NCBI GenBank assembly: GCA_002269645.1
Contig: NIVC01003704.1
Location: 1 to 64,000, forward strand
Source: Macrostomum lignano
Lineage: Eukaryota
DNA: 64,000 nucleotides
Reading direction: 5' to 3'
Position numbers and translations under genes: made by a program. Positions within the stretch are counted from its first letter, which is position 1. The number at the start of each line of letters is the position of its first letter. This document shows, piece after piece, positions 24,128 to 55,823 of the stretch. The notes beneath the pieces were generated by a model. The model saw only the letters and a program-made list of their open reading frames with translations, did no database searches and was not told the DNA's origin.

Positions 24128-25316
24128 TATCCAATCTCTATCTGATTTCTATTTGATCTCTAACCAATATTTATCCAATCTCTATACGATCTCTATCTGA
24201 TTTCTATCCGATCTCTATCTGATCTGTATCCGATCTGTATCCGATCTCTATCTGATCTCTATCCGATCTCTATCCGATGTCTATCTGATCTCTTATCCGA
24301 TGTCTATACGATGTCTATCCGATCTCTATCCGATCACTATCTGATTTCTATCCGATCTCTATCCGATCTCTATCCGATCTCTATCTGATCTCTATCCGAT
24401 CTCTATCGGATCTCTATCCGATCTCTATCGGATCTCTATCCGATCCCTATCCGATCTTTGTCCGATCTCTATCCGATCTCTATCGGATCTCTATCTGATC
24501 TCTATCCGATCTCTATCCGATCTCTATCTAATCTCTATCCGATCTCTATCTAATCTTTATCCGATCTCTATCCGATCTCTATCGGATCTCTATCCGATCT
24601 CTATCCGATCTCTATCCGATCTCTATCCGATCTCTATCCGATTTCTATCCGATCTCTATCCGATCTCTATCCGATCTCTATCGGATCTCTATCCGATCTC
24701 TATCCGATCTCTATCCGATCTCTATCCGATCTCTATCCGATTTCTATCCGATCTCTATCCGATCTCTATCCGATCTCTATCCGATCTCTATCCGATCTCT
24801 ATCCGATCTCTATCCGATCTCTATCCGAACTCTATCCGATCTGTATCTGATCTCTATCCGATCTCTATCCGATCTCTATCCGATCTCTATCTAATCTCTA
24901 TCCGATCTCTATCCGATCTCTATCCGATCTCTATCCGATCTCTATCCGATCTCTATCCGATCCCTATCCGATCTTTGTCCGATCTCTATCTGATCTCTAT
25001 CGGATCTCTATCTGATCTCTATCCGATCTCTATCCGATCTCTATCTAATCTCTATCCGATCTCTATCTAATCTCTATCCGATCTCTATCCGATCTCTATC
25101 GGATCTCTATCCGATCTCTATCCGATCTCTATCCGATCTCTATCCGATCTCTATCCGATCCCTATCCGATCTTTGTCCGATCTCTATCTGATGTCTATCC
25201 GATCTCTATCCGATCTCTATCGGATCTCTATCCGATCTCTATCCGATCTCTATCCGATCTCTATCCGATCCCTATCCGATCTTTGTCCGATCTCTATCTG
25301 ATGTCTATCCGATCTC
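24128..25316. repeat. 11-bp minisatellite (CCGATCTCTAT)n
   Basis: About 105 units with higher-order blocks. Confidence 0.98.
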
Positions 25317-26689
25317 AGACTTTCCAACTATTTTCTTGTTAACTTTTCATACATCGGCCGGCACAAACGGGCACAAAGACAAAAAAATCAAATATAAAAG
25401 ATTGCAGTAATTTTATATGAGTTGATATTAAAGCTTTCAAAAAATATTTGAAAAAATGTTAAACTATTGTTAATTTTTTCATTTCGAGCTAAGGATTTTG
25501 CAGCAGTCTACTTACATAGTAGTGTAAACAGTAAAGCGCTTCTTTATAAGGCTGTATAAAAATCACTATTTTAGCAAGTTTTAACGATAGTTTCAAGGGT
25601 CTAAAATGCTACTAATTTGCTACACAGATAACGATAGCTATACAGACGTATTGCAATATTTTCTCCCATATCCCGTCGCAGCTACCAATGCGGATATGCC
25701 CCCATCATTCTTGCCCTTCTTTGTCCTTCTGCCAGACCGCGTCTGCAGGATGATGTGGAAGGAATCCCATTTTGGGAAGTATAGCTGGACCTTAACAGCC
25801 GTGCGGCTTCTGAACTCCCCCTTGCATCTTTTCTCCCGTTTCTTTCTCTCTCCTATACATCCCAATTTGTAGTCGGTTGGAAGAATGCGAGGCAAAGCAA
25901 AGCTAAAGAAGATCAGAGGGTAACAATGCACTCTGTATGCTTAAATTTACGACCGATTTTACAAGCTTGGAAGTAATAGAAAGCAAGAAATGCGGATTTG
26001 CAAAGAAGCGATAGAGGGCATTAAATCCTCAGCTGCTGTTCCGTTTGTTGCCCCCGAAAAATCTCCCCTTTTGCGCTGTGATTGGGAAAGGGGTGGATTT
26101 TGAATCCGATCCAGGGCCGCCTCCCCCCACCGCAATCTCCCACACGATCGCGGCGCGACAACTCCGCTTAATCCGGTCGCATTTTCCCAGCAGTCGGATT
26201 TCATAGGAATAATCCTAGCCTAGCCCCGCCTCCCTCCCCCAGCCTCACCCCACATCAGACACGGGACGGCAATAGTGATGCTGGGGCAAATGATGAGGCG
26301 GGAACTGCCATGCAAACAACATTCTTCGTTTCTCGGTAGCTTCGCTGAATCGTCTTTTGAGATGCGGATCGAGGGATGAAGGAGGATTCTGTGGGGCAGA
26401 GATGGAGAAAGGAAAGACAGACATTCGGCAAAATTCAGCAGCTCAGAGCGCGGGCTGAATTGTAAATTCGTCAGATTCTCAGTTTTCGCTAGTGAATGGA
26501 GGTTAAGAATTCGAAATTGGTCAGACAGGGATTATTGACTGGGCTTCGGGACGGAATTGGCGCATGCGGGTCACTTCTCTTTTTTTGTATTAATTGCTTT
26601 GAAAATATGCTTTCTTTCAAGGATTGCATGCAGAGTATTTGTAGTAGAGATATGGAGAGAGAGATAACGAAGAGATAGCGGTGGAAGTA

Positions 26690-26960
26690 GAATAGATAGG
26701 AGTGAGGAGTAGAAGAGATAGCAGTGGGGAGTAGAAGAGATAGGGGTGGGGAGTAGAAGAGATAGCAGTGGGGAGTAGAAGAGATAGCAGTGGGGAGTAG
26801 AAGAGATAGGGGTGGGGAGTAGAAGAGATTGGGGTGGGTGGGGAGTAGAAGAGATAGCGGTGGGGAGTATAAGAGATAGCGGTGGGGAGTAGAAGAGATT
26901 GGGGTGGGTGGGGAGTAGAAGAGATAGGGGTGGGGAGTAGAAGAGATAGCGGTGGGGAAT
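26690..26960. repeat. ~23-bp G-rich minisatellite (GTGGGGAGTAGAAGAGATAGC)
   Basis: Read directly. Confidence 0.92.
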
Positions 26961-27449
26961 AGTAGAAGAGAATAAGGACAACAGAGCCCTAGAAGCAGTA
27001 AAAATTGCATATATAGATCAGTGCATACAGTGCTGAATTCTGAAATCGTTGAGTTAAATCCAGCGCCCAGTTAATAATGATGCACCAGAGCGAAAATCCT
27101 GCCGCATGCAAATGAGCCGGGCTGGCGAGCAGCGCTGAGCTGTGATAGAGCAATTTTCTGTATTCTGAACTCTGTCAAAAATGGAAGGTGCGAGGTCCAG
27201 GGGAGCTAGCGGTTCCGCTGTTGATCGATGAGAGTCATTTCCGCATCTCCACCCGCTCCCCCTGGTTTCCCTGACAACGAACAATTCGAGGTTCTCACGG
27301 AGGGTGTCGGGGTGGGGGAGGATTTTGCCACCAAATTTCCCTCCCGAGGAAGGGGAAGGCGCAAATTATGGATCGCGGGTTGGTGCGGCTCTGTTCCGCT
27401 TGGGAGCTTCGCGGGCGACGAGTAATTATGGCTTACTGAAATAAAATGG

Positions 27450-28075
27450 AGATGGATACAGATTAGACACGAGATAGATACAGATTAGACACGAGATGGA
27501 TACAGAATAGACACGAGATAGATACAGATTAGACACGAGATAGATACAGAATAGACACGAGATGGATACAGAATAGACACAAGATAGATACAGAATAGAC
27601 ACGAGATGGATACAGAATAGACACAAGATAGATACAGAATAGACACGAGATGGATACAGAATAGACACAAGATGGATACAGAAGAGACACGAGATAGATA
27701 TAGAATAGACACGAGATAGATACAGAATAGACACGAGATAGATATAGAATAGACACAAGATAGATACAGAATAGACACGAGATGGATACAGAATAGACAC
27801 GAGATGGATACAGAATAGACACAAGATGGATACAGAATAGACACGAGATAGATACAGAATAGACACGAGATAGATATAGAATAGACACAAGATAGATACA
27901 GAATAGACACGAGATGGATACAGATTAGACACGAGATGGATACAGATTAGACACGAGATAGATATAGAATAGACACAAGATAGATACAGAATAGACACGA
28001 GATGGATACAGAATAGACACAAGATGGATACAGAATAGACACAAGATGGATACAGATTAGATAGGATATAGATCA
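27450..28075. repeat. 22-bp minisatellite (GATAGATACAGAATAGACACGA)
   Basis: About 28 units. Confidence 0.97.
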
Positions 28076-28716
28076 ACAGTTGATACAGGATAGATAGAGA
28101 ATAGATGTGAGACACACAGACAATGGACACGAGATCTATAGTAAAAATATATGGAGATCAATTGAGATCCAAGAAAGTCGAGACATTTTTGCGTGATTTT
28201 CTGCAAATATCGATTTTTTTCATGTCGGGTCACGGGGGCTCCCTTCAGCTCGCAAAGCAAAAAAGAAAATTGTAGAACACATCTGCCTCAAGGAGAGAAT
28301 TTTTGCTCAAGCAAAAAAGGAGCCAGGTAGACAAAAAAGCACCGCTAGCTAAGCTGCTTTTTTTCTCGCCAAAGCAAGGCATGCAAAAGCAGGCAAGTGG
28401 AGCGGCCATTTTTCATAAAACAGGCGACCCAACAACTGTCAGCTATTGCAATCAAAGAGGGAGAGAGAGAGAGAGGGTACACGAAGAAGAAAGTCCACTG
28501 CTGAACCGGTCCAAGTCCAACTCCTCTCTCTGTTTCCCCATTGCAGCAACAGCCAGGCTATAAGGTGTGTCGCAGTCGGCGTCCCACCCAAAACCGGTCC
28601 TGCTAGACGGTTCTACGCACCCCCCGCCCTATCCTGTTGGATTCCTTCCCATTCTCCGCTCTGCCCCCGCTGCTACCCTCCTCCTCCCCCCTGTCGTCTC
28701 CCGTCCCCTCCTCTGC

Positions 28717-41712
<12,996 letters not shown>

Positions 41713-41717
41713 GCTGG

Positions 41718-41950
41718 TGGTGTCTGTCCTGTCTGATCTGTGTTGTCTGTCCTGTCTGATCTGTGTTGTCTGTCCTGTCTGATCTGTGTTGTCTGTCCTG
41801 TCTGATCTGTGTTGTCTGTCCTGTCTGATCTGTGTTGTCTGTCCTGTCTGATCTGTGTTGTCTGTCCTGTCTGATCTGTGTTGTCTGTCCTGTCTGATCT
41901 GTGTTGTCTGTCCTGTCTGATCTGCGTTGTCTGTCCTGTCTGGTCTGTCA
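41718..41950. repeat. 23-bp minisatellite (TGTCTGTCCTGTCTGATCTGTGT)
   Basis: About 10 units starting just after the RGK stop codon. Confidence 0.96.
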
Positions 41951-42549
41951 TGTATTGGCTTCTTTGTCTGACCTATCTTTTCCGAAATCTACGTCTGTTC
42001 TTGTCCACTCGCTATTCACACATTGTCCTCTCTTTTCGTTTCTATTTCTGCTGCTTCTGGAGATATTTTAATTTCCGAATGACTAGTTACTAGCGACTCT
42101 AGAAAAAGCTAGCAGTCAGTTAATCATGCAGTCGATCATTAATCTTCTATCCATCATTTCGTGTTGGGGTTGGCCATGCCATTATATTTGCGCAGAGCAG
42201 CGCCTGAACCTCCAATCCATGCACATCCGCTTGCACCTGTCTTAATCCGCAGCAATTACTCTATGCTATGGGCACTCTAATAAAGCGTGTGTAACCATGC
42301 AAATTGCCAGGTTGCCCAGCCCAGGTTTTTCTTTTTTGAATAATATTCCTTGATAATGATGATTTTTCCTCAAGCCCAGGTCTTGCGTCAGTCCGCCATA
42401 AGATTTGAGTTTCCTGCTGATAATGTACGCGCCTTCGAGGTCTAAATAGTGTACTCATAATATTGTCCAATGCTGCTTAGCGACTGAGAATGGCAAGCTT
42501 TTAAATCAATTTTGCTTTGTTTCATTGTGTCACTTTCTGCTATTCTCAC

Positions 42550-42985
42550 TTGTCCACTCTCCAATCAGTCTTTTCCACTCTCCATTCAGTCTTGTCCGCT
42601 CTCCATTCAGTCTTGTCTGCTCTCCATTCAGTCTTGTCCGCTCTCCATTCAGTCTTGTCCACTCTCCATTCAGTCTTGTCCGCTCTCCAATCAGTCTTGT
42701 CCACTCTCCAATCAGTCTTGTCCACTCTCCAATCAGTCTTGTCCACTCTCCATTCAGTCTTGTCCGCTCTCCATTCAGTCTTGTCCGCTCTCCAATCAGT
42801 CTTGTCCACTCTCCAATCAGTCTTGTCCACTCTCCAATCAGTCTTGTCCACTCTCCAATCAGTCTTCTCCACTCTCCAATCAGTCTTGCCCACTCTCCAA
42901 TCAGTCTTGTCCACTCTCCAATCAGTCTTGTCCACTCTCCATTCAGTCTTGTCCACTCTCCAATCAGTCTTGTCCACTCTCTCCA
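42550..42985. repeat. 21-bp minisatellite (CCACTCTCCAATCAGTCTTGT)
   Basis: About 20 units. Confidence 0.96.
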
Positions 42986-43534
42986 GTTCAATTCTTGTCC
43001 TCGCCTGACATTACAAATTATACGCGAAATCAAAATTTTACCGAGAAAATATTACTTTGTTTAAATTTGACTGTGAAAGTTTTCGACTCTTGGCGCCCAG
43101 CTTTGCGTGGCAGCCTCCACGCCGACCCGAGGACACCTTTGCTGCTGACTCAAACTGAACTTAATAGAAGTTGAACGTGTCCAGTTCAAAACTTCCCAAC
43201 ACGCTGCTTGCCCCTGTGCGCTTTGGTTCCGCTGTCAAAATCTTTTTTTCAAAACTCCGCTACTTTTTAGACATTAATTCTGTTTGCAATTCAATAAGCT
43301 TCTTGCGAACCTGTTCTATTAAGCAGCACTGTTATCCCTATTACTTTTTGTTAAAGTCTGTCTGCATTCTTGCACGCCTCCTATGCGCCGTGAGTACTGT
43401 TACTCGTAATTACTGAAAGTGAGTGCACACTCTTAATCGTATATATACGCGCTTAAGCTAAATCTTTCTGAGATTTAAAATTGTCTTGTGAAAACTTAAC
43501 TGTTCTACTGCATAAATAGATTATAACAGACCCT

Positions 43535-43960
43535 TAACTCTCCACCACCCCACTCCCCACCACCCAATCCCCACCACCCCACTCTCCACCACCTCACTCC
43601 CCACCACCGGCCATTCCCCACTACCCCACTCCCCACCACCCCACTCCAAACCACCCCACTCCCCACCACCCTAGCCCCCACCAACCCACTCCAAACCACC
43701 CCACTCCAAACCACCCCACTCCACACCACCCCACTCCAAACCACCCCACTCCACACCACCCCACTCCAAACCACCCCACTCCCCACCACCCTAGCTCCCA
43801 CCACCCCACTCCCCACCACCCTAGCCCCCACCACCCTAGCCCCACCACCCTAGCCCCCACCACCCTAGCCCCCACCACCCTAGCCCCACCACCCTAGCCC
43901 CACCACCCCACTCCCCACCACCGCACTCTCCACCACCTCACTCCCCACCACCTCACCCCA
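43535..43960. repeat. 15-bp C-rich minisatellite (CCACCACCCCACTCC)
   Basis: Read directly. Confidence 0.93.
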
Positions 43961-44574
43961 CAGAAATCGATCCACACTTGTCACACCAACGGATGCCTGG
44001 CCCTGAACAGCAGATATCGTAATTAGTTTAGTCTTTAATTAGTCTAATCGTATCTTCTTTTTATAAATTTAGAGTCTGAATTAAAAAAAGAATTTCAATA
44101 AAAAGAACTGTATCAACTGGCTGCATTTGGCGGCATTACTAATAAATTATTCGTTAATCAAATAAAAACGAGTATATGAAAGTTAGAGTCACAGTGGGAT
44201 TTCGGCGCAAATAATAACAAAGGCTTGCCTTGAAGCAGCAGGAAAGTTTGCAATGGACCTTGAAAGCAAAGAGAAGCGGGGTTATTTTATTTTTACGTGA
44301 AAATAATCTATCATCGCGACTTTCTTTTGTTAATCTTTCAAAGAATAATTTCAATAGTCGCATGACGGATTTAAATGAAAAGTAAGTCGCAGTCCGCTTT
44401 TCAATACAGATTTTGCTTCAATATTTTCAGATCGTAAATGTCTTCATTTTAAAACTTTTTTCCCATTTACTGGCAGGGCATTGAACTTTTGATCTTTTAC
44501 CGTATATCTTCTGAATACTTCAAAAGAAGTGAAATCCTGAACCAGTCAACGATTCCACCCTCACCGCCACAATG

Positions 44575-45240
44575 CCGCCATTCCTACACGTATCACCCAC
44601 CTCACTCCATCACCTACCTCACTCATCACCCGCCTCACTCCATCGCCCACCTCACTCATCACCCGCCTCACTCATCACCCGCCTCACTCCATCGCCCACC
44701 TCATTCCATCACCCACCTCACTCATCACCCGCCTCACTCCATCGCCCACCTCATTCCATCACCCACCTCACTCATCACCCGCCTCACTCCATCACCCACC
44801 TCACTCCATCACCCACCTCACTCATCACCCGCCTCACTCCATCGCCCACCTCATTCCATCACCCACCTCACTCATCACCCGCCTCACTCCATCGCCCACC
44901 TCATTCCATCACCCACCTCACTCATCACCCGCCTCACTCCATCACCCACCTCACTCCATCACCCACCTCACTCCATCACCCACCTCACTCATCACCCGCC
45001 TCACTCCATCACCCACCTCATTCCATCACCCGCCTCACTTCATCACCCACCTCACTCATCACCCGCCTCACTCCATCACCCGCCTCACTCCATCACCCGC
45101 CTCACTTCATCACCCACCTCACTCATCACCCGCCTCACTCCATCACCCACCTCATTCCATCACCCGCCTCACTTCATCACCCACCTCACTCATCACCCGC
45201 CTCACTCCATCACCCGCCTCACTCCATCAACCGCCTCACT
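44575..45240. repeat. ~17-bp C-rich minisatellite (CCATCACCCACCTCACT)
   Basis: Read directly; higher-order blocks. Confidence 0.94.
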
Positions 45241-45328
45241 CCTGCAACCACGCCTTTCCAGGTGAAATCCCAAACTTTGAAGCAGAAATATCTACAGGCA
45301 AAACAGATTGTCTGTGTCAGTAACGCAG

Positions 45329-50614
<5,286 letters not shown>

Positions 50615-51774
50615 CCCGAGATCTCGAGCTAAGCCCTTCTTGCGCCTCCCAACGGCTCCCAGTGTGGCTTGGTTTGCTTATTAGCACACAGAGCCCGGCG
50701 GGTTTTGGACTGCCATTGGCTCCCATTGTGAACTGGCGTCATTTACCTTTCCCATGGGAGGTGGGCAGCTATAGAATTCCTCCTCTATTCTACTCTGCGT
50801 ATGCAGACTGAGGCTCAGGCCGCTATGTCAGAGGCCCTCATTTCCTGAAGCGCCGATGCGACTCTCACTCAGTTTTTAATGCCGTCTATTTTAGCATAAT
50901 TACCGCCAGGTGCCTTGGGATGCACCCGACCCGCTCAGGCGTTGATGACACAGGAGGAGGCAAACAAAGTTTCAACAGAAGCTTGGGGCGCCGGTCATTG
51001 TGTGGTTATTAAAATTCAAGGGTTCTTATTAGTTAAAGTACTAATTAGATGACGATGCATTTAAGTCTTAAAATAAACGTATAGTTACTCTTGCCGTTTA
51101 CCCACTTGAAAAATTACAACTTAAACTTGAACTTAGAATTCAATTCGCTACAGTAAATTTGTTTACCCTTTTAACTAGTTTAGTGCTTTCTTTTGGTGGA
51201 TCAGATTATTGGCATGTAGCTCAATCCGCCATCGTCAAGGCGTTGCTATGGAGCTTGGGCTTGGCCTAAGAAGCTGCCCCCTGCTCTTCCATGCCATCCA
51301 AGGTCTCTCAACTTCTGTCTCGTCTCCAAAAAGATCCCCAGCCTCTGTCTCCAGTGGCGCAGTCAGAAATCCCAAACTGCTTGCATTGTGAAGCAGTGTG
51401 GCGGAAGTTCAGAGAGGAGGGAAGCGCACTCCCGCATGGCCTCTCAAAGCCCTTCTTGTGCTGTCTGCCCTTCTTTCGCTCTCGACACTGAAGCGCTCAT
51501 CGACCCGGGCAGGACTGATCGCGGGGCTGGGTCACAGGGACTTCTAGAAATAGCACCCGGTGGACTGGAAGCCGGAATAAGGCACGGCCTCAACTTTGGT
51601 AGCGCCTTAGCGAAATCAAATTACTTGAAAACGGTAAAAAGGGATCAAAACAAGCACCTTGAAGGTTTTAGTTTTGGGTCCTTAGTCTTCCTTAAATTTG
51701 AATAGACTTCGAAATAGGTCTTTGATTGTTCCGATTTGTTTTACCGTTTTAACGTTATTTAGGAGTTTCTTAAG

Positions 51775-52200
51775 ATGCTTAGCGTAAATTGGATGTAACG
51801 CTTAGTGTAAATAGGATGTAACGCTTAGTGTAAATAGGATGTAATGCTTAGTGTAAATAGGATGTAACGCTTAGTGTAAATAGGATGTAATGCTTAGCGT
51901 AAATAGGATGTAATGCTTAGTGTAAATAGGATGTAATGCTTAGCGTAAATAGGATGTAACGCTTAGTGTAAATAGGATGTAATGCTTAGCGTAAATAGGA
52001 TGTAACGCTTAGTGTAAATAGGATGTAATGCTTAGTGTAAATAGGATGTAACGCTTAGTGTAAATAGGATGTAATGCTTAGTGTAAATAGGATGTAATGC
52101 TTAGTGTAAATTGGATGTAACGCTTAGTGTAAATTGGATGTAACGCTTAGTGTAAATTGGATGTAACGCTTAGTGTAAATTGGATGTAACGCTTGTGTAA
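51775..52200. repeat. 23-bp minisatellite (TGTAAATAGGATGTAACGCTTAG)
   Basis: About 18 units. Confidence 0.96.
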
Positions 52201-52784
52201 ATAGTGTTGCATCCCAGGCAAAAAATTCAAAATACAATATGAGCTGTCTATTGGCCTCCAAATGGGGAGGTTGTTTTATTCAAGTTTCCAGTCCACATGT
52301 GCTATGTCTAGAAGTCCATGGCTGGGCACAGACCCAGACTATCTCTATAGTAGCTAGGTAGCTATTGATTCAGTTTTACACTTCACTTTTGGCCACTTCA
52401 ACAGAATTGCCTCCTGCCAACCCAAAGCTGCAAAATATTTAAATATGTATTTAAATGCATCTGCAACTGAGGCTTCTAAGAGTTTGCCGAGTTTGGAGTC
52501 AACAATCGATTCAAACTGAGGAACGTATTGATTGGTACTTTGCTTAATGCAACTTTTGAGTATACTGCTCTAAAGTTTTGAAAAGTTATTACAGCATAGG
52601 TCCTCTTTTGACGTTTTGATTTGATCGATTGTTACTTGAACTTTTAGGCGTATTAAATAAATATTTTTAGAAAACTTTTGATCTGGAGTAATTAAAACGT
52701 ATTAAAACTATTTAACTACTCAATCAGTAGTATGCAGCAAATAGCAAATAGTAAAGAGCTAGTAAATCCCAGCTCATGGGAGTA

Positions 52785-53525
52785 ATAGCTATTAAATTCC
52801 AGCTCATAGCTACTCAAAGCTAGCTCATAGCTACTCAAAGCCAGCTCATAGCTACTCAAAGCCAGCTCATAGCTACTAAATGCCAGCTCATAACTACTAA
52901 ATGCCAGCTCATAGCTACTCAAAGCCAGCTCATAGCTACTCAAAGCCAGCTCATAGCTACTAAATGCCAGCTCATAACTACTAAATGCCAGCTCATAGCT
53001 ACTCAAAGCTAGCTCATAGCTACTCAAAGCCAGCTCATAGCTACTCAAAGCCAGCTCATAGCTACTCAAAGCCAGCTCATAGCTACTCAAAGCCAGCTCA
53101 TAGCTACTCAAAGCCAGCTCATTACTACTAAATGCCAGCTCATAGCTACTAAATGCCAGCTCATAGCTACTCAAAGCCAGCTCATAGCTACTCAAAGCCA
53201 GCTCATAGCTACTCAAAGCCAGCTCATAGCTACTAAATGCCAGCTCATTACTACTAAATGCCAGCTCATAGCTACTAAATGCCAGCTCATAGCTACTCAA
53301 AGCCAGCTCATAGCTACTAAAATGCCAGCTCAGAGCTACTAAATGCCAGCTCATAGCTACTAAATGCCAGCTCATAGCTACTAAATGCCAGCTCAGAGCT
53401 ACTAAATGCCAGCTCATAGCTACTAAATGCCAGCTCATAGCTACTAAATGCCAGCTAAGAGCTACTAAATGCCAGCTCATAGCTACTAAATGCGAGCTCA
53501 GAGCTACTAAATCCCAGCCCATAGC
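52785..53525. repeat. 21-bp minisatellite (CCAGCTCATAGCTACTCAAAG)
   Basis: About 35 units. Confidence 0.96.
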
Positions 53526-53554
53526 TTCAGGAACAAATCACCAAGAACCCTCAC

Positions 53555-53790
53555 CACTCAGCGGCTGCAGGATACTCAGCAGCCTCAAACTCAGTCACAG
53601 GTAGCGCCGCGGACACCATAGCAACGGCATAGCAACCGCCGGCGCTCGAAATGGCCGGACTGTCGCCAAGCAGCAGATGGCGAGTCAGGCTGGCCGCCAA
53701 CTCCGCGCTGGAAAATTCCGGCTTGTAGAAGTCCATGCTGGGCCGCCTATGATGCTTCACAAAAGCAGACACAGGCAGCGCATCTCAGGC
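53555..53790 (-). CDS. Candidate coding exon of unknown affiliation
   Basis: GC-rich island reading HHRRPSMDFYKPEFSSAELAASLTRHLLLG...; donor TG|GTGAGG at 53555/53554, acceptor-like AAGTAG near 53790. Could not be linked in phase to a neighbouring gene. Confidence 0.35.
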
Positions 53791-54092
53791 CTACTTTTGA
53801 AATCTTCATAGAAAACGCTACTTATATTAATAGCAAAAGGTGCATGACATTATGAGCACAGCTAAGTGCTGGGTTTTTGTGTATATAAAGAGGGTAAGAA
53901 CAGACAGTCCACTGCCAGTACAGCTCAATGCAGCTGGGTGACAGAAAACAGTACTTGCACATTTTGGAGCCCTGCTCTGCGTTTTGCTCTGCTGTCCATT
54001 GTAACCTCGATTTCACCCCACTCTGAGCTGCCATGAGTAAAGAAGAGCTGCCTGAGATAGGGGTATGAAGAGATAGAATGATGCTGTGAAAA

Positions 54093-54478
<386 letters not shown>

Positions 54479-54829
54479 TAATTGAATAGCTAGATAAATT
54501 ATACTCTTAGACTAATGTTTCATTGGAAGTGAAAAGTGTAAAGTACGCAAAAATATTGTATTTCCAGAAGCATGTAGCAGTAAAAAGCAGGCATCGCTAC
54601 TTACAAGTAGAAAAGCAAAGATACGCGTTCAAAAGTTAGCCGTATTTGAACTTATATTTTAGACGGCAAACGGATAATAAAATCTGTACATTATGGAAGC
54701 AAGAGGTAAATAAAAAAATATCATGTGCTTCTACTGGTCAGGTAATCTACTGTAAAATGATAGATTTTTTGTTCCAGAATATTGCTGGTTATATGATTCG
54801 TATAGGCTTGGATCTCATTTGTATCATTT

Positions 54830-55816
54830 GTGTCAGCTTATGTCAAATTTAAGTGTAATTTGTGTTAGATTGTGTCATGAGTTGTGTCAGTTATGACAGG
54901 GGGAATCGTGAAATTTGTGTCATATTGTGCCCTTTGTGTCAGTAATTGGGACAATTGTGTCAGTCTGTGTCAGATTGTGTCAGCTTGTTTCAATTTGTGT
55001 CAGTTAGTATCAGATTGTGTCAGTTTGTATCAGATTGTGTCAGATTTTGTCAGATTTTGTCAAATTATGTCAGTTGAATTGTGTCAGTTTGTATCAGCTT
55101 AAGTCAGCTTGTTTCAGCTTGTGAATTTTGTCATCTAGTATCAGATGCATCATTTGTGTCCGTTTTTTCCGATTGTCAGATTTTGTCAGCTTATGTCTTC
55201 AGTGTCATTTGTGTCAGATTGTTTAACTTCTGTGAGATTGTGTATCAGCTTGTTTAACTTGTGTCAGCTTGTGTCAGTTTGTGTCAGTTTGTGTCAGCTT
55301 GTGTCAGTTTGTGTCAGCTTGTGTCAGTTTTTGTCAGCTTGTGTCAGCTTGTTTCAGTTTGTGTCAGCTTGTGTCAGATTGTGTCAGCTTGTGTCAGCTT
55401 GTGTCAGCTTGTGTCAGTTTGTGTCAGCTTGTGTCAGATTGTGTCAGATTGTGTCAGCTTGTATCAGCTTAAGTCAGCTTGTGTCAGCTTGTTTCAGTTT
55501 GTGTCAGTTTGTGTCAGATTGTGTCAGATTGTGTCAGATTATGTCAGCTTGTATCAGCTTAAGTCAGCTTGTGTCAGATTATGTCAGCTTGTATCAGCTT
55601 AAGTCAGCTTGTGTCAGCTTGTTTCAGTTTGCGTCAGCTTGTGTCAGCTTGTGTCAGTTTGTGTCAGCTTGTGTCAGCTTGTTTCAGTTTGTGTCAGCTT
55701 GTGTCAATTTGTGTCAGCTTGTGTCAGCTTGTGTCAGCTTGTGTCAATTTGTGTCAGCTTGTGTCAGCTTGTGTCAATTTGTGTCAGCTTGTGTCAGCTT
55801 GTGACAGCTTGTGTCA
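54830..55816. repeat. 10-bp minisatellite (TGTGTCAGCT/TGTGTCAGTT)
   Basis: About 95 units, ending a few bp from the stop codon of the adjacent minus-strand gene. Confidence 0.96.
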
Positions 55817-55823
55817 GGGCCAG

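Noticed and set aside
51200-51620. Possible additional coding exon upstream of the FAM217-like gene (minus strand)
   Set aside because: Every frame hits stops within a short distance and no phase-consistent splice path was found.
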